Part shown: piece by piece, positions 38,531 through 48,633 of the stretch
Layout: each line of letters begins with the position of its first letter
Numbering within the stretch: the first letter of the stretch is position 1
Assembly: GCA_965205335.1 (NCBI GenBank)
Contig: OZ242164.1
Location: 704,001-768,000 of the forward strand
DNA: 64,000 nucleotides
Origin: Candidatus Woesearchaeota archaeon
Lineage (GTDB): Archaea > Nanobdellota > Nanobdellia > Woesearchaeales > UBA583
Direction of reading: 5' to 3'
The notes under the pieces: model-generated
What the model was told of the DNA's origin: nothing
The model's database searches: none
Seen by the model: only the letters and a program-made list of their open reading frames with translations
Position numbers and translations under genes: made by a program

Positions 38531-39055
38531 TTATTCCCTTTCATCTCTCTTATGCCTCAATACCTTAAAATAATCCTCTACAACCGAATAACTAACCACT
38601 TTCTTAGTATTTCCATCCTCACTTAAAAGAACTAACTTTCCATCCTTGTTTACAGCCTTAACTACATACTCAATCCCTTTCAACTCAATTTCATCTCCGC
38701 AAGTTATTCCAACAAGAGTTAAACTTTGAAAATATTTATAAACATTCTTTGATGTGAGTTTATCATACCCAACAAGTTTTCTTGACCTTCTCTCAGATAC
38801 AATATATTCTCTCTTAAACAAGGAAAGAATATCACTCATTCGAGTATGATATCTGAAATAAATGTCAAAACCATTATCTATCTCTTCTACTTTGTTAATA
38901 GTATCAAACTTGTCCTGCATAAGTCTAAGTACTTTTTTCTTTGTACTCTGCACATCATTGAAGAACTTAAAACGAAGATGTAATTTCATCTCATAATATT
39001 CACTAGAACTTCTTATGCAGGAACTACACATCCTCTGTTCTATAAGCACTTCCAT
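38531..39055 (-). CDS. NMD3-like protein (C-terminal half only)
   Basis: CSSC...YYEMKLHLR, GFDIYF, KLVGYD; TTTATAAA at 39080-39087 supports ATG 39055. Confidence 0.65.
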   Translation of the reverse strand: MEVLIEQRMCSSCIRSSSEYYEMKLHLRFKFFNDVQSTKKKVLRLMQDKFDTINKVEEIDNGFDIYFRYHTRMSDILSLFKREYIVSERRSRKLVGYDKLTSKNVYKYFQSLTLVGITCGDEIELKGIEYVVKAVNKDGKLVLLSEDGNTKKVVSYSVVEDYFKVLRHKRDERE

Positions 39056-39319
39056 TCTAAACATACCTTCCATTTCTAATTTATAAATAACCTTACCAAA
39101 AGTAACAACATAAAAAAGTTTATTAACATTTGTATAAGTGATATAAATTCTCTTCAATCTTATCAGAAACAAATCTATATGTAAGAGATGAACTTATATA
39201 TGAAATCAAATTTCTATTCTCTTTTAATAAAGAGTAGAAACTATCTTCAAAATCTTTCTAAGATATACCCAAAACATTATCCTCTATCTTATGTAATTTC
39301 TCTAAGATTTGTTTTGTAA

Positions 39320-39510
39320 TGTCTATACTTTGTCTAAACTTTATATAAACTATTTTTGGAAATATAAAAATAAAAAGAGTCAAAACAATCAAAGGCTACT
39401 AAATATACATTTAAATGTAATGTTTCACTAGTATTAAAAGAAATAATATGTGTATGTTTTCTGTCTTAAAAATGTCTAAATATTGTCTATTTTTGTCTAA
39501 GAAACGTCTA
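39320..39510. repeat. Helically phased (T/C)GTCT(A/T) motifs in an AT-rich intergenic region
   Basis: Copies at 39320, 39331 and 39462, 39473, 39484, 39494, 39505. Confidence 0.55.
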
Positions 39511-39744
39511 TTTTCACTCCTTTCTAAACAGAAAGAATTATTTGAAGTTAAACGAAACATAAAATGTTGCACTTCTTCTTTTTCCTTTTCCACATGAAAC
39601 TAAGGTCTCATTGTCCAATCAAGAATCTCCTCCATTTCAAACTCCAAGAACACATTTTGTAATTCAGACACAACCTCACACCTACAATAATGAATAGAAA
39701 AGACATATAAACAATCAAATAACAACATAAATCGTATAAATAAA

Positions 39745-39826
39745 GCCAAAATCGCATAATCTGGTATTGCGCTAGTCTCGAAAACTAGTTCCTTTGGAAT
39801 TCTGGGTTCAAATCCCTGTTTTGGCG
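39745..39826 (+). tRNA. tRNA-Ser(CGA), no encoded CCA
   Basis: Acceptor GCCAAAA/TTTTGGC; anticodon arm CTAGT-CT CGA AA-ACTAG; long variable arm; GGTTCAAATCC. Confidence 0.9.
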
Positions 39827-40133
39827 CTTCAACTTCCGCTACTCTTTCACTTACCACTTTCTATTGATCATAAGAAATTTACCAAAAAAAATTCATAATA
39901 TAGAATTCTTGTAAGTCTCTTATTGAATCTAAACTTCGCTTACTACCTTCTACCAACCACAAAAATCACTGTAAAAGATAATAATAAATACTTACTTGTG
40001 TTTCTTATCTTGCGATTAGATCCCATAAACTATTATAAAGAATCACAAGACATAAGACCATTGTCCCAGAAAATATACATTATATCACAAACCACTCTAA
40101 AAACTTATAAAACATCAAACACTTGCAAGATAT

Positions 40134-40976
40134 ATGCTTCACCTGATTGGAATAGGATACAACAAAAAGCACATTAACTTTGAAATGCACGACGCCATAA
40201 AAAACTGCTCACAGATTTACTTAGAACATTACACCTCTTATTATGAAACGGACTTCAACGAATTATCTGAATTTTTAGGAAAAGAAATTGAAATATGTAG
40301 CAGAGAAACTATCGAATCAGAAATTGAAGAAAAAATACTTAAACCTTCAAAAGAAAAAGAAATTGCTCTTCTAATCTTAGGAGATCCACTTGTTGCAACG
40401 ACCCACACAGACCTACTACTAAGATGCTCCAAGTTAAATGTAGAGTATAAAATCTACAACAATATCTCAGTTGCAAACCTTATAACCAGAACAGGACTTC
40501 AATTTTATAAATTTGGAAGAATTACTTCAATTCCCTTCTTCTCTGAAAAATTCATGCCAAGAACACCATTTATGATTTACTCTGATAACCACAGAATAGG
40601 AGCTCACTCTCTATTTCTACTTGACTTAGACCCAAACAATGAAAATCAGGAACAAAATAACGAACAAAATCGAGAACACAAACAAAGTTACTTAAAAGCA
40701 TTTGAAGCCCTCCAATTTCTTCTTGACATACCGAAAATAATGATTGAAAACGATGAAATAGAAGAAAAAGATTCCCAGATAATAGATGAAGAAACCACAG
40801 CCCTTATATGTTCAAGATTGGGCTTCTCCGATGAAAAGATAATATATGATACAATAGGAAATCTTATTAAACTTGACAAATTAAAAAACTTCAAAGAACC
40901 ATTATGCATAATAATTCATGGGGATTTACATGATATGGAAGAAAAATACTTAAACAACTTCAAACTTCGTAAGTAA
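40134..40976 (+). CDS. dph5: Diphthine synthase
   Basis: LIGIG, YLEHYTS, GDPLVATTH, GLQFYKFG, HSLFLLD. Confidence 0.93.
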   Translation: MLHLIGIGYNKKHINFEMHDAIKNCSQIYLEHYTSYYETDFNELSEFLGKEIEICSRETIESEIEEKILKPSKEKEIALLILGDPLVATTHTDLLLRCSKLNVEYKIYNNISVANLITRTGLQFYKFGRITSIPFFSEKFMPRTPFMIYSDNHRIGAHSLFLLDLDPNNENQEQNNEQNREHKQSYLKAFEALQFLLDIPKIMIENDEIEEKDSQIIDEETTALICSRLGFSDEKIIYDTIGNLIKLDKLKNFKEPLCIIIHGDLHDMEEKYLNNFKLRK

Positions 40977-41098
40977 ATAAACATTAAATACATTGAATGA
41001 ACTCCTCAATAAACACAACTAAAAAACCATAACTCAACTAAAGTGATAGGGCAAATCACATATACGCAAAAATTACAAATAAAAAATAACTAATTAAA

Positions 41099-41466
41099 AT
41101 GGCAGACAAAATAATATTCGGACAAAAATGCATTCTCTATAACAAAGAGGAAGACAAAATACTTATAATAAAAAGAGGCAATTACAAAGACGATGGAGGA
41201 AAGTGGGATATTGTTGGAGGTTCTGTAGATTTTGGTGAAGACTCAAAAAAATCAATAACAAGAGAATGCTTTGAAGAGACAGGCATAAAAATATTTAACC
41301 CTTAGATAATAGACCTTAACTCAAGACTTCTAAAAAAAAAAGAACTATTTTTCATACTTGCAATATACTTCTGTGATGAATTTAAGATACCTCGAAATGG
41401 CATAAAACTAAGCAAAGAACAAGTGAATACAAATGGATAAAAATTGGTTTATTTTTAAATATTTAA
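41099..41466 (+). pseudogene. NUDIX hydrolase, disrupted
   Basis: Nudix box GGSVDFGEDSKKSITRECFEETG; in-frame TAG 41303-41305; frameshift before SEYKWI. Confidence 0.75.
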
Positions 41467-41640
41467 CAAAGTCTAATTACTAATCATATAGAAAATCTAA
41501 TATTAGGGAACCAAAAGAGAAATGAAATAACAAACAATTCATCCCCTTACAAATTAACTCTCTCAAACTCATTAGATAAACCTAACACCTCTGTCTGTAC
41601 TGACTCTTCAAACCATTCTAACTGCTCGAGTGTTCCGATT

Positions 41641-42225
41641 CAAAGAAAACAAAAGCTCATAAAATTCCTAAAAGAAATAGACAAACTAAAATCAATTAAT
41701 CGTGCTATTGATTTACTTCACTTGAACAGACGTGAAAGCGTAGCCGAACACTCTTGGCATTTAGCGATGATGATCATAACTCTAAAAGATGAACTGCCAA
41801 GAAAACTAAACTACTCAAAAATGCTTGAAATAGCTCTTATACATGATTTGGTTGAAATATATGCAGGAGACACATTTACATTTGATAAAAAGGCTCAAGA
41901 GGATAAAAAAGAAAGAGAAGAAAAAGCAGCAAATAAACTTTTTAAAATCCTGCCAGAGGATTTAGAACAAAAATTTCACGAAATATTTCAGGAATGCGAA
42001 ACCAGAAAGTCAGAGGAAGCCCAGATAGTTTACTCACTTGACAAAATTCATCCTGTTATGCAGAATTTACTCTCCTGCGGAAAAACATGGAAAGAATACA
42101 AAATAACTTTTAAGGAACTTGATGAAAATAAAAGACCGAAAATGAAATACAATATAGAAATATACAATCTATACGAAACATTTCTTGATGAAGCAATAAA
42201 AAGGGATTTGTTCTATAAAAAATAA
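41641..42225 (+). CDS. HD-domain hydrolase (no clear start; possibly C-terminal half of a NUDIX-HD fusion)
   Basis: FLKEIDKLKSINR, RESVAEHSWH, IHDLVE, LDK. Confidence 0.75.
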   Translation, partial: QRKQKLIKFLKEIDKLKSINRAIDLLHLNRRESVAEHSWHLAMMIITLKDELPRKLNYSKMLEIALIHDLVEIYAGDTFTFDKKAQEDKKEREEKAANKLFKILPEDLEQKFHEIFQECETRKSEEAQIVYSLDKIHPVMQNLLSCGKTWKEYKITFKELDENKRPKMKYNIEIYNLYETFLDEAIKRDLFYKK

Positions 42226-42532
42226 ACTATACTGCTCGCCCATAATATACAGGATTACCTGAAGAATTTGTATCTTTCCATCCTCGTGCTAACCTCTTGC
42301 CATTTGATTACTATAAAAGGTATTCTTACAAACAATCTTAAATATTTAAACTTTTATTACAAAATTTCAGAGGTTACATAATTGCATTATTTACTTCGTC
42401 ATTAAACATTTAGATTTTTATGTATGACTCTTCGCAAATGGCAAGCCGCACTACCTCGGTAAATTTAAACATCAATACTTTCATATAGAACTTTACAAAT
42501 ATAATAACAGCAAATTATTCATTAAAACAAAT

Positions 42533-43753
42533 TTAAATATTCAGACTCTTACACAATGCCTCATAAACTCTGCTCTCATACTGAGAATTCTTCTCTTCCT
42601 CCTGCTTTACCAAATCAAGAGATAACATCTGCTTTAAAATCTTAACTAGTTCTTGTTTATTTTCCTCTCCATCAAGAACCTGACTAATTACATCATCCTC
42701 AATTGACTTTGAATCCTTGCCTATATCCACATTATAAAGTTTCAACTCCGATGAAGTTAACTTATATGCATTTTTCAGAATTATTAAAGCTCCCTTCTCA
42801 TAACAAAATGAAACAATCTCACTTAACTTCAAATCAGAAATCTTTCCATCGACAACTCCTGAAATTTCCAAAAGAAGAATCTTATTCCTAAAATTTCTTT
42901 TTGATAACTCTTTCTCAATCATAATTCTTGCATCAATTGGATTCAAATTATCTATCTCAATCCTTACATGCTCCTTCTCATAAGTCTTCAAAAAAATTCT
43001 CTCAATTTTCGTCTTTCTTGTTTCAAAATCAAACTCACACATATTAAAACTTGGAGTCTCTCTTTTCAACTCTGAAAAATTGTTTGGAAAAAGCGGCCCG
43101 GGATATGAAAGAATTCCACTTCCGTATTCTCCTTCCATATGTGTATGAACATGTCCTCCCGCATAATAATCAAACCCAGAAGGTAAATAAGACATCACAG
43201 CATCAGAATTAACATTTTTCAAAAACTCTGGCTTAAAATCATTTAATGTTGTATGAAAAAGAAAAATATTAAAATTATCCTTTGATAAAGTATTTGCATT
43301 TAAATTTATATATATATTTTTATCAAGTCCGTTTTTCTTCCCCAAAACTCCACAAAGAACTGCCCCACAGGCATCTTTTGTAAACTTAAGATTTATCTTA
43401 TTTCTATCAACATAATCAAACTTACAAACATCAACAAACATCCCTGCCTTCTCTAAAAGCGTTAAATATGACTTTCCTGAATTAGAATAATCATGTGAAC
43501 CCCCTATTATATAAAGTGGAATATCACATTTCTTAAGTTTCATTAATTCCACTACAACCTTTTCAACCAATTCAATTGGAGGCATTGCATTATTAAAAAT
43601 ATCTCCTGCAAACAATGCAAAATCGGGTTTTAACTCAATAATCATATCTATTGATTTTTGAAAAGTTTCAAAATTAAGATTTGTTAGAATTCTCTCTCTC
43701 CAGCCCCCCAAATGCAAATCTGCAAGATGTGCAAACCGGATCTTCTTACCCAT
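42533..43753 (-). CDS. mre11: Mre11/SbcD DNA repair nuclease
   Basis: HLADLHLG, AGDIF, GSHD, GHVH, YPG motifs. Confidence 0.88.
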   Translation of the reverse strand: MGKKIRFAHLADLHLGGWRERILTNLNFETFQKSIDMIIELKPDFALFAGDIFNNAMPPIELVEKVVVELMKLKKCDIPLYIIGGSHDYSNSGKSYLTLLEKAGMFVDVCKFDYVDRNKINLKFTKDACGAVLCGVLGKKNGLDKNIYINLNANTLSKDNFNIFLFHTTLNDFKPEFLKNVNSDAVMSYLPSGFDYYAGGHVHTHMEGEYGSGILSYPGPLFPNNFSELKRETPSFNMCEFDFETRKTKIERIFLKTYEKEHVRIEIDNLNPIDARIMIEKELSKRNFRNKILLLEISGVVDGKISDLKLSEIVSFCYEKGALIILKNAYKLTSSELKLYNVDIGKDSKSIEDDVISQVLDGEENKQELVKILKQMLSLDLVKQEEEKNSQYESRVYEALCKSLNI

Positions 43754-43795
43754 AGAATATTAACAAAAATTGTATTTATATAGTTTGGGGATAAT

Positions 43796-44917
43796 TCATT
43801 CTCTTTCTAATAAAGCACAAATCTTCCTAACTTCTTCATCTCTAAGTTTTCTTCTCTTACTTTCTATGAAATTACGCAATTTACTAAGAGATACTACCAT
43901 CACCCATTTATGTCTTATGTCATATTCCAGGTTATTTTTTATTGGTAAAAGGATTTTTACAATACTCTTTAAAATGTGTTCTCTCCTTCTTCCAATCTTC
44001 ATTTTTAGGTATCTATATAAAACATCTCCTTCTCTATCTACTTGTTCATGAGGAGAAAAGCCTTCGTAAGATTGAGATTCTGTATACTGAGAACTCCAGT
44101 TCTTAACTTCTATTACAAAGATACCTTGAGGACTTGTCACAACAAAATCAATCTGTGCAGATTTCATATCTTTAGTTCCATTATACCAATGATATTCCCC
44201 TAAATCCAGATATACATCTTTATGAATAAAATAATTATCATTTAATTTTCGTAATTCAGTTAAAACTTTACGTTCTCCTAATGCCCCAGCATAATCTTTA
44301 GAATTTTTGATTTCTTTCAAGTAATTTATTGATTCCTCCAGTCTCTCTTCTGTCTCTCTAAATTTTTTCCTTTCAAAATCAATCTCCTGCCTTAAACTTC
44401 TTTCTTGTTTCTCAAATTCTTTTTCGGGATTTTCTTTAAGTTCAGAAATTTTCCTTTCTTTATTAACAATTTTTGATTTGATTAATTTAATAGCATTTGG
44501 TTTTAGTATCTTTTTTTTAATAAACGAATTTGTATAATTATAGAATAAATTAAATATAAAGTAAAGTTTTTTTTCAGAAAACACCAATTTTTTGCAATTT
44601 TCAACTCTTTCGTTATCATCCTTTATTTTTTGTTCCCAATTTTTGTGAGTACTTTTTTCCTCTTTGTATAAATTTGATAGTTCCTTTTCCTCCTCTTTAA
44701 TTCTTTTTGGAAATCCCTCTTTATAGAATTTCTTTTTTCTCTTAATTAATTCCTCTTCAAGTTTCTTAATCTGTTTAGGGAAAAGTTCTCTTTCCTCTTT
44801 TAGTTTTAATTTCAACCCATTTAATCTATCTTCAACGTCCTCAAATTTAGAAATCCCTTTAAAATTATTAACCAATTCTTCTTCTGCTCCACACATCTTA
44901 TCAAATTCATATGCCAT
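43796..44917 (-). CDS. NERD nuclease-domain protein with long coiled coil
   Basis: GALGE, QIDFVVTSPQGIFVIEVKNW. Confidence 0.82.
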   Translation of the reverse strand: MAYEFDKMCGAEEELVNNFKGISKFEDVEDRLNGLKLKLKEERELFPKQIKKLEEELIKRKKKFYKEGFPKRIKEEEKELSNLYKEEKSTHKNWEQKIKDDNERVENCKKLVFSEKKLYFIFNLFYNYTNSFIKKKILKPNAIKLIKSKIVNKERKISELKENPEKEFEKQERSLRQEIDFERKKFRETEERLEESINYLKEIKNSKDYAGALGERKVLTELRKLNDNYFIHKDVYLDLGEYHWYNGTKDMKSAQIDFVVTSPQGIFVIEVKNWSSQYTESQSYEGFSPHEQVDREGDVLYRYLKMKIGRRREHILKSIVKILLPIKNNLEYDIRHKWVMVVSLSKLRNFIESKRRKLRDEEVRKICALLERE

Positions 44918-45044
44918 AATAAATAGAAGCCCAAAATATTTATAATATTTGTCTTTACAAATCACTAATTTTTCAATTTAGATTATATCTTCTAAGGGTT
45001 CTAGGTATATAATTAGAAAGATGTAAACTCTAAATATTTTGAAA

Positions 45045-45515
45045 CTATTTTATTCCAAACCCATTTAAAATCTCATCAGCATGATTTTTTACTACTGGTT
45101 TTTCAATTATACTTACAATTTTTTGATTCTCATCAATAAGAAAAGTCTGCCTTAAAGTTCCCATAAACTCTTTCCCCACAAATTTCTTCAACTTCCAGAC
45201 GCCATAAGCTTTATTTACTTCTAAACTCTCATCAGAAACAAGAATAAATGGAAGTTCTTTCTTCTCTGCAAACTTAATATGAGATTTAACTGGATCCTTT
45301 GAAACTCCAATAACCTCAATATTATTTTCCCTTAATCTTTTAATATTATCACGTAAATTCTTTGCCTGAATAGTACACCCAAAGGTTAAATCTTTTGGAT
45401 AAAAATACAAAGCAATCTTTTTACCCTTAAAATCAGACAAACTAATCTTTCCCTCCTTTCCATTAATTAAACCAATGGAATTAAAATCTGGTGCGACATC
45501 TCCAACCTTTACCAT
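45045..45515 (-). CDS. bcp: Peroxiredoxin BCP
   Basis: YFYPKDLTFGCT. Confidence 0.9.
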   Translation of the reverse strand: MVKVGDVAPDFNSIGLINGKEGKISLSDFKGKKIALYFYPKDLTFGCTIQAKNLRDNIKRLRENNIEVIGVSKDPVKSHIKFAEKKELPFILVSDESLEVNKAYGVWKLKKFVGKEFMGTLRQTFLIDENQKIVSIIEKPVVKNHADEILNGFGIK

Positions 45516-45613
45516 ATAATCTTAAAAATGAATGTTTACTTATAAAACTTATTTTATTGTATTTCTCTTATTCTAAGATACTGCTCTAAAAATTCTTTCC
45601 TCTAAAAAACAAA

Positions 45614-46216
45614 TCACGACAAACTAGGGAATTTATCTTCTCCCTTTTTTAAATTCTTTTTTTCTGAATAAATCATAGGAGGAAGTGTTATTATAGCAAG
45701 TGTCGTCATAACGATAATAACAAGAGTTATGAAGACTATAAAATGGCTTGTGGGACTAATCTCTAATTCTTTATCTTGTATATTTAAATTTCTGAGTTCT
45801 GTAATTAAAAAGTTAATATCTTGAGGATTAACATCTTGGAAATCACTATCAGAAGCCTTTATAATTAAGTTTTTAGAAACTTCTTGCAAATTATGCAGAT
45901 GTCCATTTGCTCTAACGCTGTCTTGTCTATATATATTAATTAATGCGAGTATATGTCTTTTCAAAATATTTTCAACTTCTTCAATTTCTTTTTCACTTCT
46001 GCTATTTAGAAAACTAATTAAAAACCTAATCTCTTCTAAATTTTCATTACTTACCTCCTCTTGTAATATATGTTCAACAACAACTTTGGGCTCTAAGTTC
46101 CTTGCACTATTCAAATCATTCGCTCTATACAAACCACCTCCTGCTGTAGCAATCGCCATTAAAACACCTACAATTGACGCCTTAATTTTTCTACTTAAAA
46201 GTTTTCCTAGTTTCAT
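45614..46216 (-). CDS. Hypothetical membrane-anchored protein
   Basis: N- and C-terminal hydrophobic helices. Confidence 0.6.
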   Translation of the reverse strand: MKLGKLLSRKIKASIVGVLMAIATAGGGLYRANDLNSARNLEPKVVVEHILQEEVSNENLEEIRFLISFLNSRSEKEIEEVENILKRHILALINIYRQDSVRANGHLHNLQEVSKNLIIKASDSDFQDVNPQDINFLITELRNLNIQDKELEISPTSHFIVFITLVIIVMTTLAIITLPPMIYSEKKNLKKGEDKFPSLS

Positions 46217-46262
46217 AATTTAAATAAGCCATGTTTATACTTTATAACTTTTTGCTTTACAA

Positions 46263-46599
46263 GGCTCTAAACAAATAATAGACTTTTCTTTCTTGGTTAA
46301 AAATCAGCATGATTCAAGAGTTGCAAAGAAACTTTTCAAAAGACTCAAAATAAAGAAAAGTGTCATTGTAGCAGATAAAGGATACTTTTCCTTTGATCAT
46401 TTGGAAAATCTCAAAGAAAAAGATATAGATTTGATTTTCCCACCAAAAAATTATGGAAAAACTAAACATAATATATTTGAGCATTTTAAAATCAAACAAA
46501 AATACCTGAAAAAATAAAGAAATATACAATAAAAGGAACAATGTGGAGAGTGTGTTTTCATCTCTTCTTCCTTAAAAAAATTAATTTATGGACAGAGCC
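46263..46599 (+). mobile_element. 337-bp non-autonomous IS5-family deletion derivative
   Basis: Termini GGCTCT...AGAGCC; 8-bp target duplication CTTTACAA (46255-46262, 46600-46607); transposase fragments HDS, ADKGY, PPKNYG, NNVESVFSS. Confidence 0.88.
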
Positions 46600-46726
46600 C
46601 TTTACAATCCTATAACAGCAAAAATAATTCTCCTATCTGTATCTTCCAAATTGAAACTAACTAAGAGAATTTAATTTAGTTACAGACAAACGAAATCTTT
46701 ATATAATAGTAAACATTGAATTTTTC

Positions 46727-47473
46727 ATGGAATTAATATTAGAGAACCCAAATCTTCTAAAGAAAAGCATAGAGATAATTTCAGACATAGTTTTAGAGGG
46801 AACAATTGTATTTAAGCCAGATTATATGGAACTTGTAGCACTTAACTCGAATAATGTAGTTATGGTGATTTTCAGATTATTGCAGACCAATTTTGAAAAA
46901 TATGAGATTACTTCCGATGTTCAGATTTCTCTGAGTTTGGAACATTTGAGCAGTGTTCTAAAATCATGTGATGACAGAGGCAGATTAACCCTTAATGTTG
47001 ATTCAGACTCAAACAGATTAAAAATCATAAGTGAAGGTAATAACAAAAAAGAATTTGAACTTTCGTTAATTGATTTTCAGGACGGAAATCTTCAGAAAAT
47101 TCCTGATTTAGAATTCCCTATTAAAGTTATATCTTCAAGTTCAGCATTTACAACAGCGATTAATGATTTGGGATTTTTGGAAGAAGGAGTCACATTCAGT
47201 GTTTCCAAGGAAAAATTTTCAATAGAAGGCAGAACAAATTCAATGGCAGGAAAAATTGACTTTGAAAAAGACATTGATATTTCATACAAAGGTGAAGAAG
47301 CAAATTACAAAAGCAGGTACTCAATGGATTATCTAAAAAAATTCATAAAAGCAGATAAGATAGTAAACACTGTTGAAATGAGTTTTAAAGATGAATACCC
47401 GTTAAAGATTGAGTATAAACTTATTGACAGATTGTTATTAGGATTCATTTTAGCCCCAAGAGGAGAGGAATAA
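46727..47473 (+). CDS. pcn: DNA sliding clamp PCNA
   Basis: 248 aa; SRYSMDYL, EYPLKIEY, FILAPR. Confidence 0.93.
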   Translation: MELILENPNLLKKSIEIISDIVLEGTIVFKPDYMELVALNSNNVVMVIFRLLQTNFEKYEITSDVQISLSLEHLSSVLKSCDDRGRLTLNVDSDSNRLKIISEGNNKKEFELSLIDFQDGNLQKIPDLEFPIKVISSSSAFTTAINDLGFLEEGVTFSVSKEKFSIEGRTNSMAGKIDFEKDIDISYKGEEANYKSRYSMDYLKKFIKADKIVNTVEMSFKDEYPLKIEYKLIDRLLLGFILAPRGEE

Positions 47474-47729
47474 GATTAATATTATTTACCATTCTTTTAT
47501 TTTAGAATTAATGTGTGATTATCCTTTTAATAGTTATCCCAAATCTAAAAAATTTATCCAATAATTCTTAATTTTTGAACATTTATGAAGTTTATTAATA
47601 TAAATTGAAGTGTCTTTATAAAAATTAAAGTATATATTAAAGAAAAACTATTTACTATTATGGGTAAAAAAGAAATTGGAATCATATTTCTCACTTCAAA
47701 AAGTAATCTTGAAATCCTGAAAGTTTTAG

Positions 47730-47850
47730 ATGAGAACAAGAATGCCTATGTTTATGTGGGGCGAGGTGGAGATGGTGAAAATCCTCAATTTTATAAGTTT
47801 GATGAATGGGTGTTGAGGAGAAAGAGGAAGAACCTTTTAGATGAATTTGA
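47730..47850 (+). pseudogene. Orphan fragment homologous to part of the 36648-38225 surface protein
   Basis: KNAYVYVGRGGDGENPQFYKFDEWVLRRKRKNLLDEF vs KSTYFYVGREGDRNPRFYKFDEKALRRKRNSHLEDF. Confidence 0.65.
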
Positions 47851-48154
47851 TTTATTATCATCTTTACTAAGACTTTCTATGCACACAGTATTTTCTGTAC
47901 GTGGCTCTATCAATTCAAAATAATGAACTTCATCTGCTCCTGAAGCTGATTTAACATGAAAAGTTTTCTCAATCACGCTACTATCACGAACATCCGTTTG
48001 AATATTACTATCTTCATTATCCTCTCCAAATGCATTATATGTATGAAAATTATCTTTGTTTAATACCTCTGCCTCGTTTTTTGGTAAAATACTCATATAC
48101 ACCTCACATTGAGACTTCTGAATACTTCTTGAGGTGGTTCTAAAAGGCAGGAGA

Positions 48155-48508
48155 TTATTTCTCCTTAAATTTTTTCTTTAATCTTTTAATGGTTCTTTGT
48201 TGGTTTGGATAGTTTTTATTCCCAGATTTTTGATTACTATGACCTTCTAAAACTGTGACTTTCCCTAAATAGACAACATTATTAATCACAATTTCCCCAG
48301 TTTTAATTTCATAGTAAAATCTAAATTTGTCAATCGCAAACTCGCAAAGCAAGTTTCTGTTCTCATGTTCCAAAACATGCTTTCTATTGGGAGGGATAGG
48401 ATTCTTTCTAAGAATCTCCAACTCTTTCTTAAATCTCTTTTTAAGATTTGCATCTTTATTGTTCTTTAAAAACTTCCAAACTCCTTCCTTAACTTTTACC
48501 TTCCACAT
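48155..48508 (-). CDS. RelE/ParE-like toxin
   Basis: MWKVKV...LRKNP...KFRFYYEI; basic 117 aa. Confidence 0.6.
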   Translation of the reverse strand: MWKVKVKEGVWKFLKNNKDANLKKRFKKELEILRKNPIPPNRKHVLEHENRNLLCEFAIDKFRFYYEIKTGEIVINNVVYLGKVTVLEGHSNQKSGNKNYPNQQRTIKRLKKKFKEK

Positions 48509-48509
48509 C

Positions 48510-48611
48510 CTACAACTTGTTTTTTATTTTGTCCCAGTCATATGAACGTTCTGTTTTAGATATTCTTTTTAATCTTGCGATTAACTCTTTTTTAGTCTCT
48601 TTTCTTGCCAT
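48510..48611 (-). CDS. Small putative antitoxin (33 aa, not in ORF track)
   Basis: MARKETKKELIARLKRISKTERSYDWDKIKNKL, stop 1 nt before toxin ATG, typical W-DxIK end. Confidence 0.6.
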   Translation of the reverse strand: MARKETKKELIARLKRISKTERSYDWDKIKNKL

Positions 48612-48633
48612 AAGATAATTATAATTTGGTTTT

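Noticed and set aside
39411-40177. Short ORFs 39411-39593, 39600-39857 and 39923-40177
   Set aside because: One is antisense to tRNA-Ser; the others have no motifs and near-cognate starts
41303-41305. In-frame TAG as evidence of stop-codon recoding
   Set aside because: The same gene also has a frameshift, and TAG terminates normal genes here (cas4, adk)
47791-48102. 103-aa minus-strand ORF
   Set aside because: No recognisable motif and overlaps the pilin-like fragment; may be a gene remnant but cannot be supported
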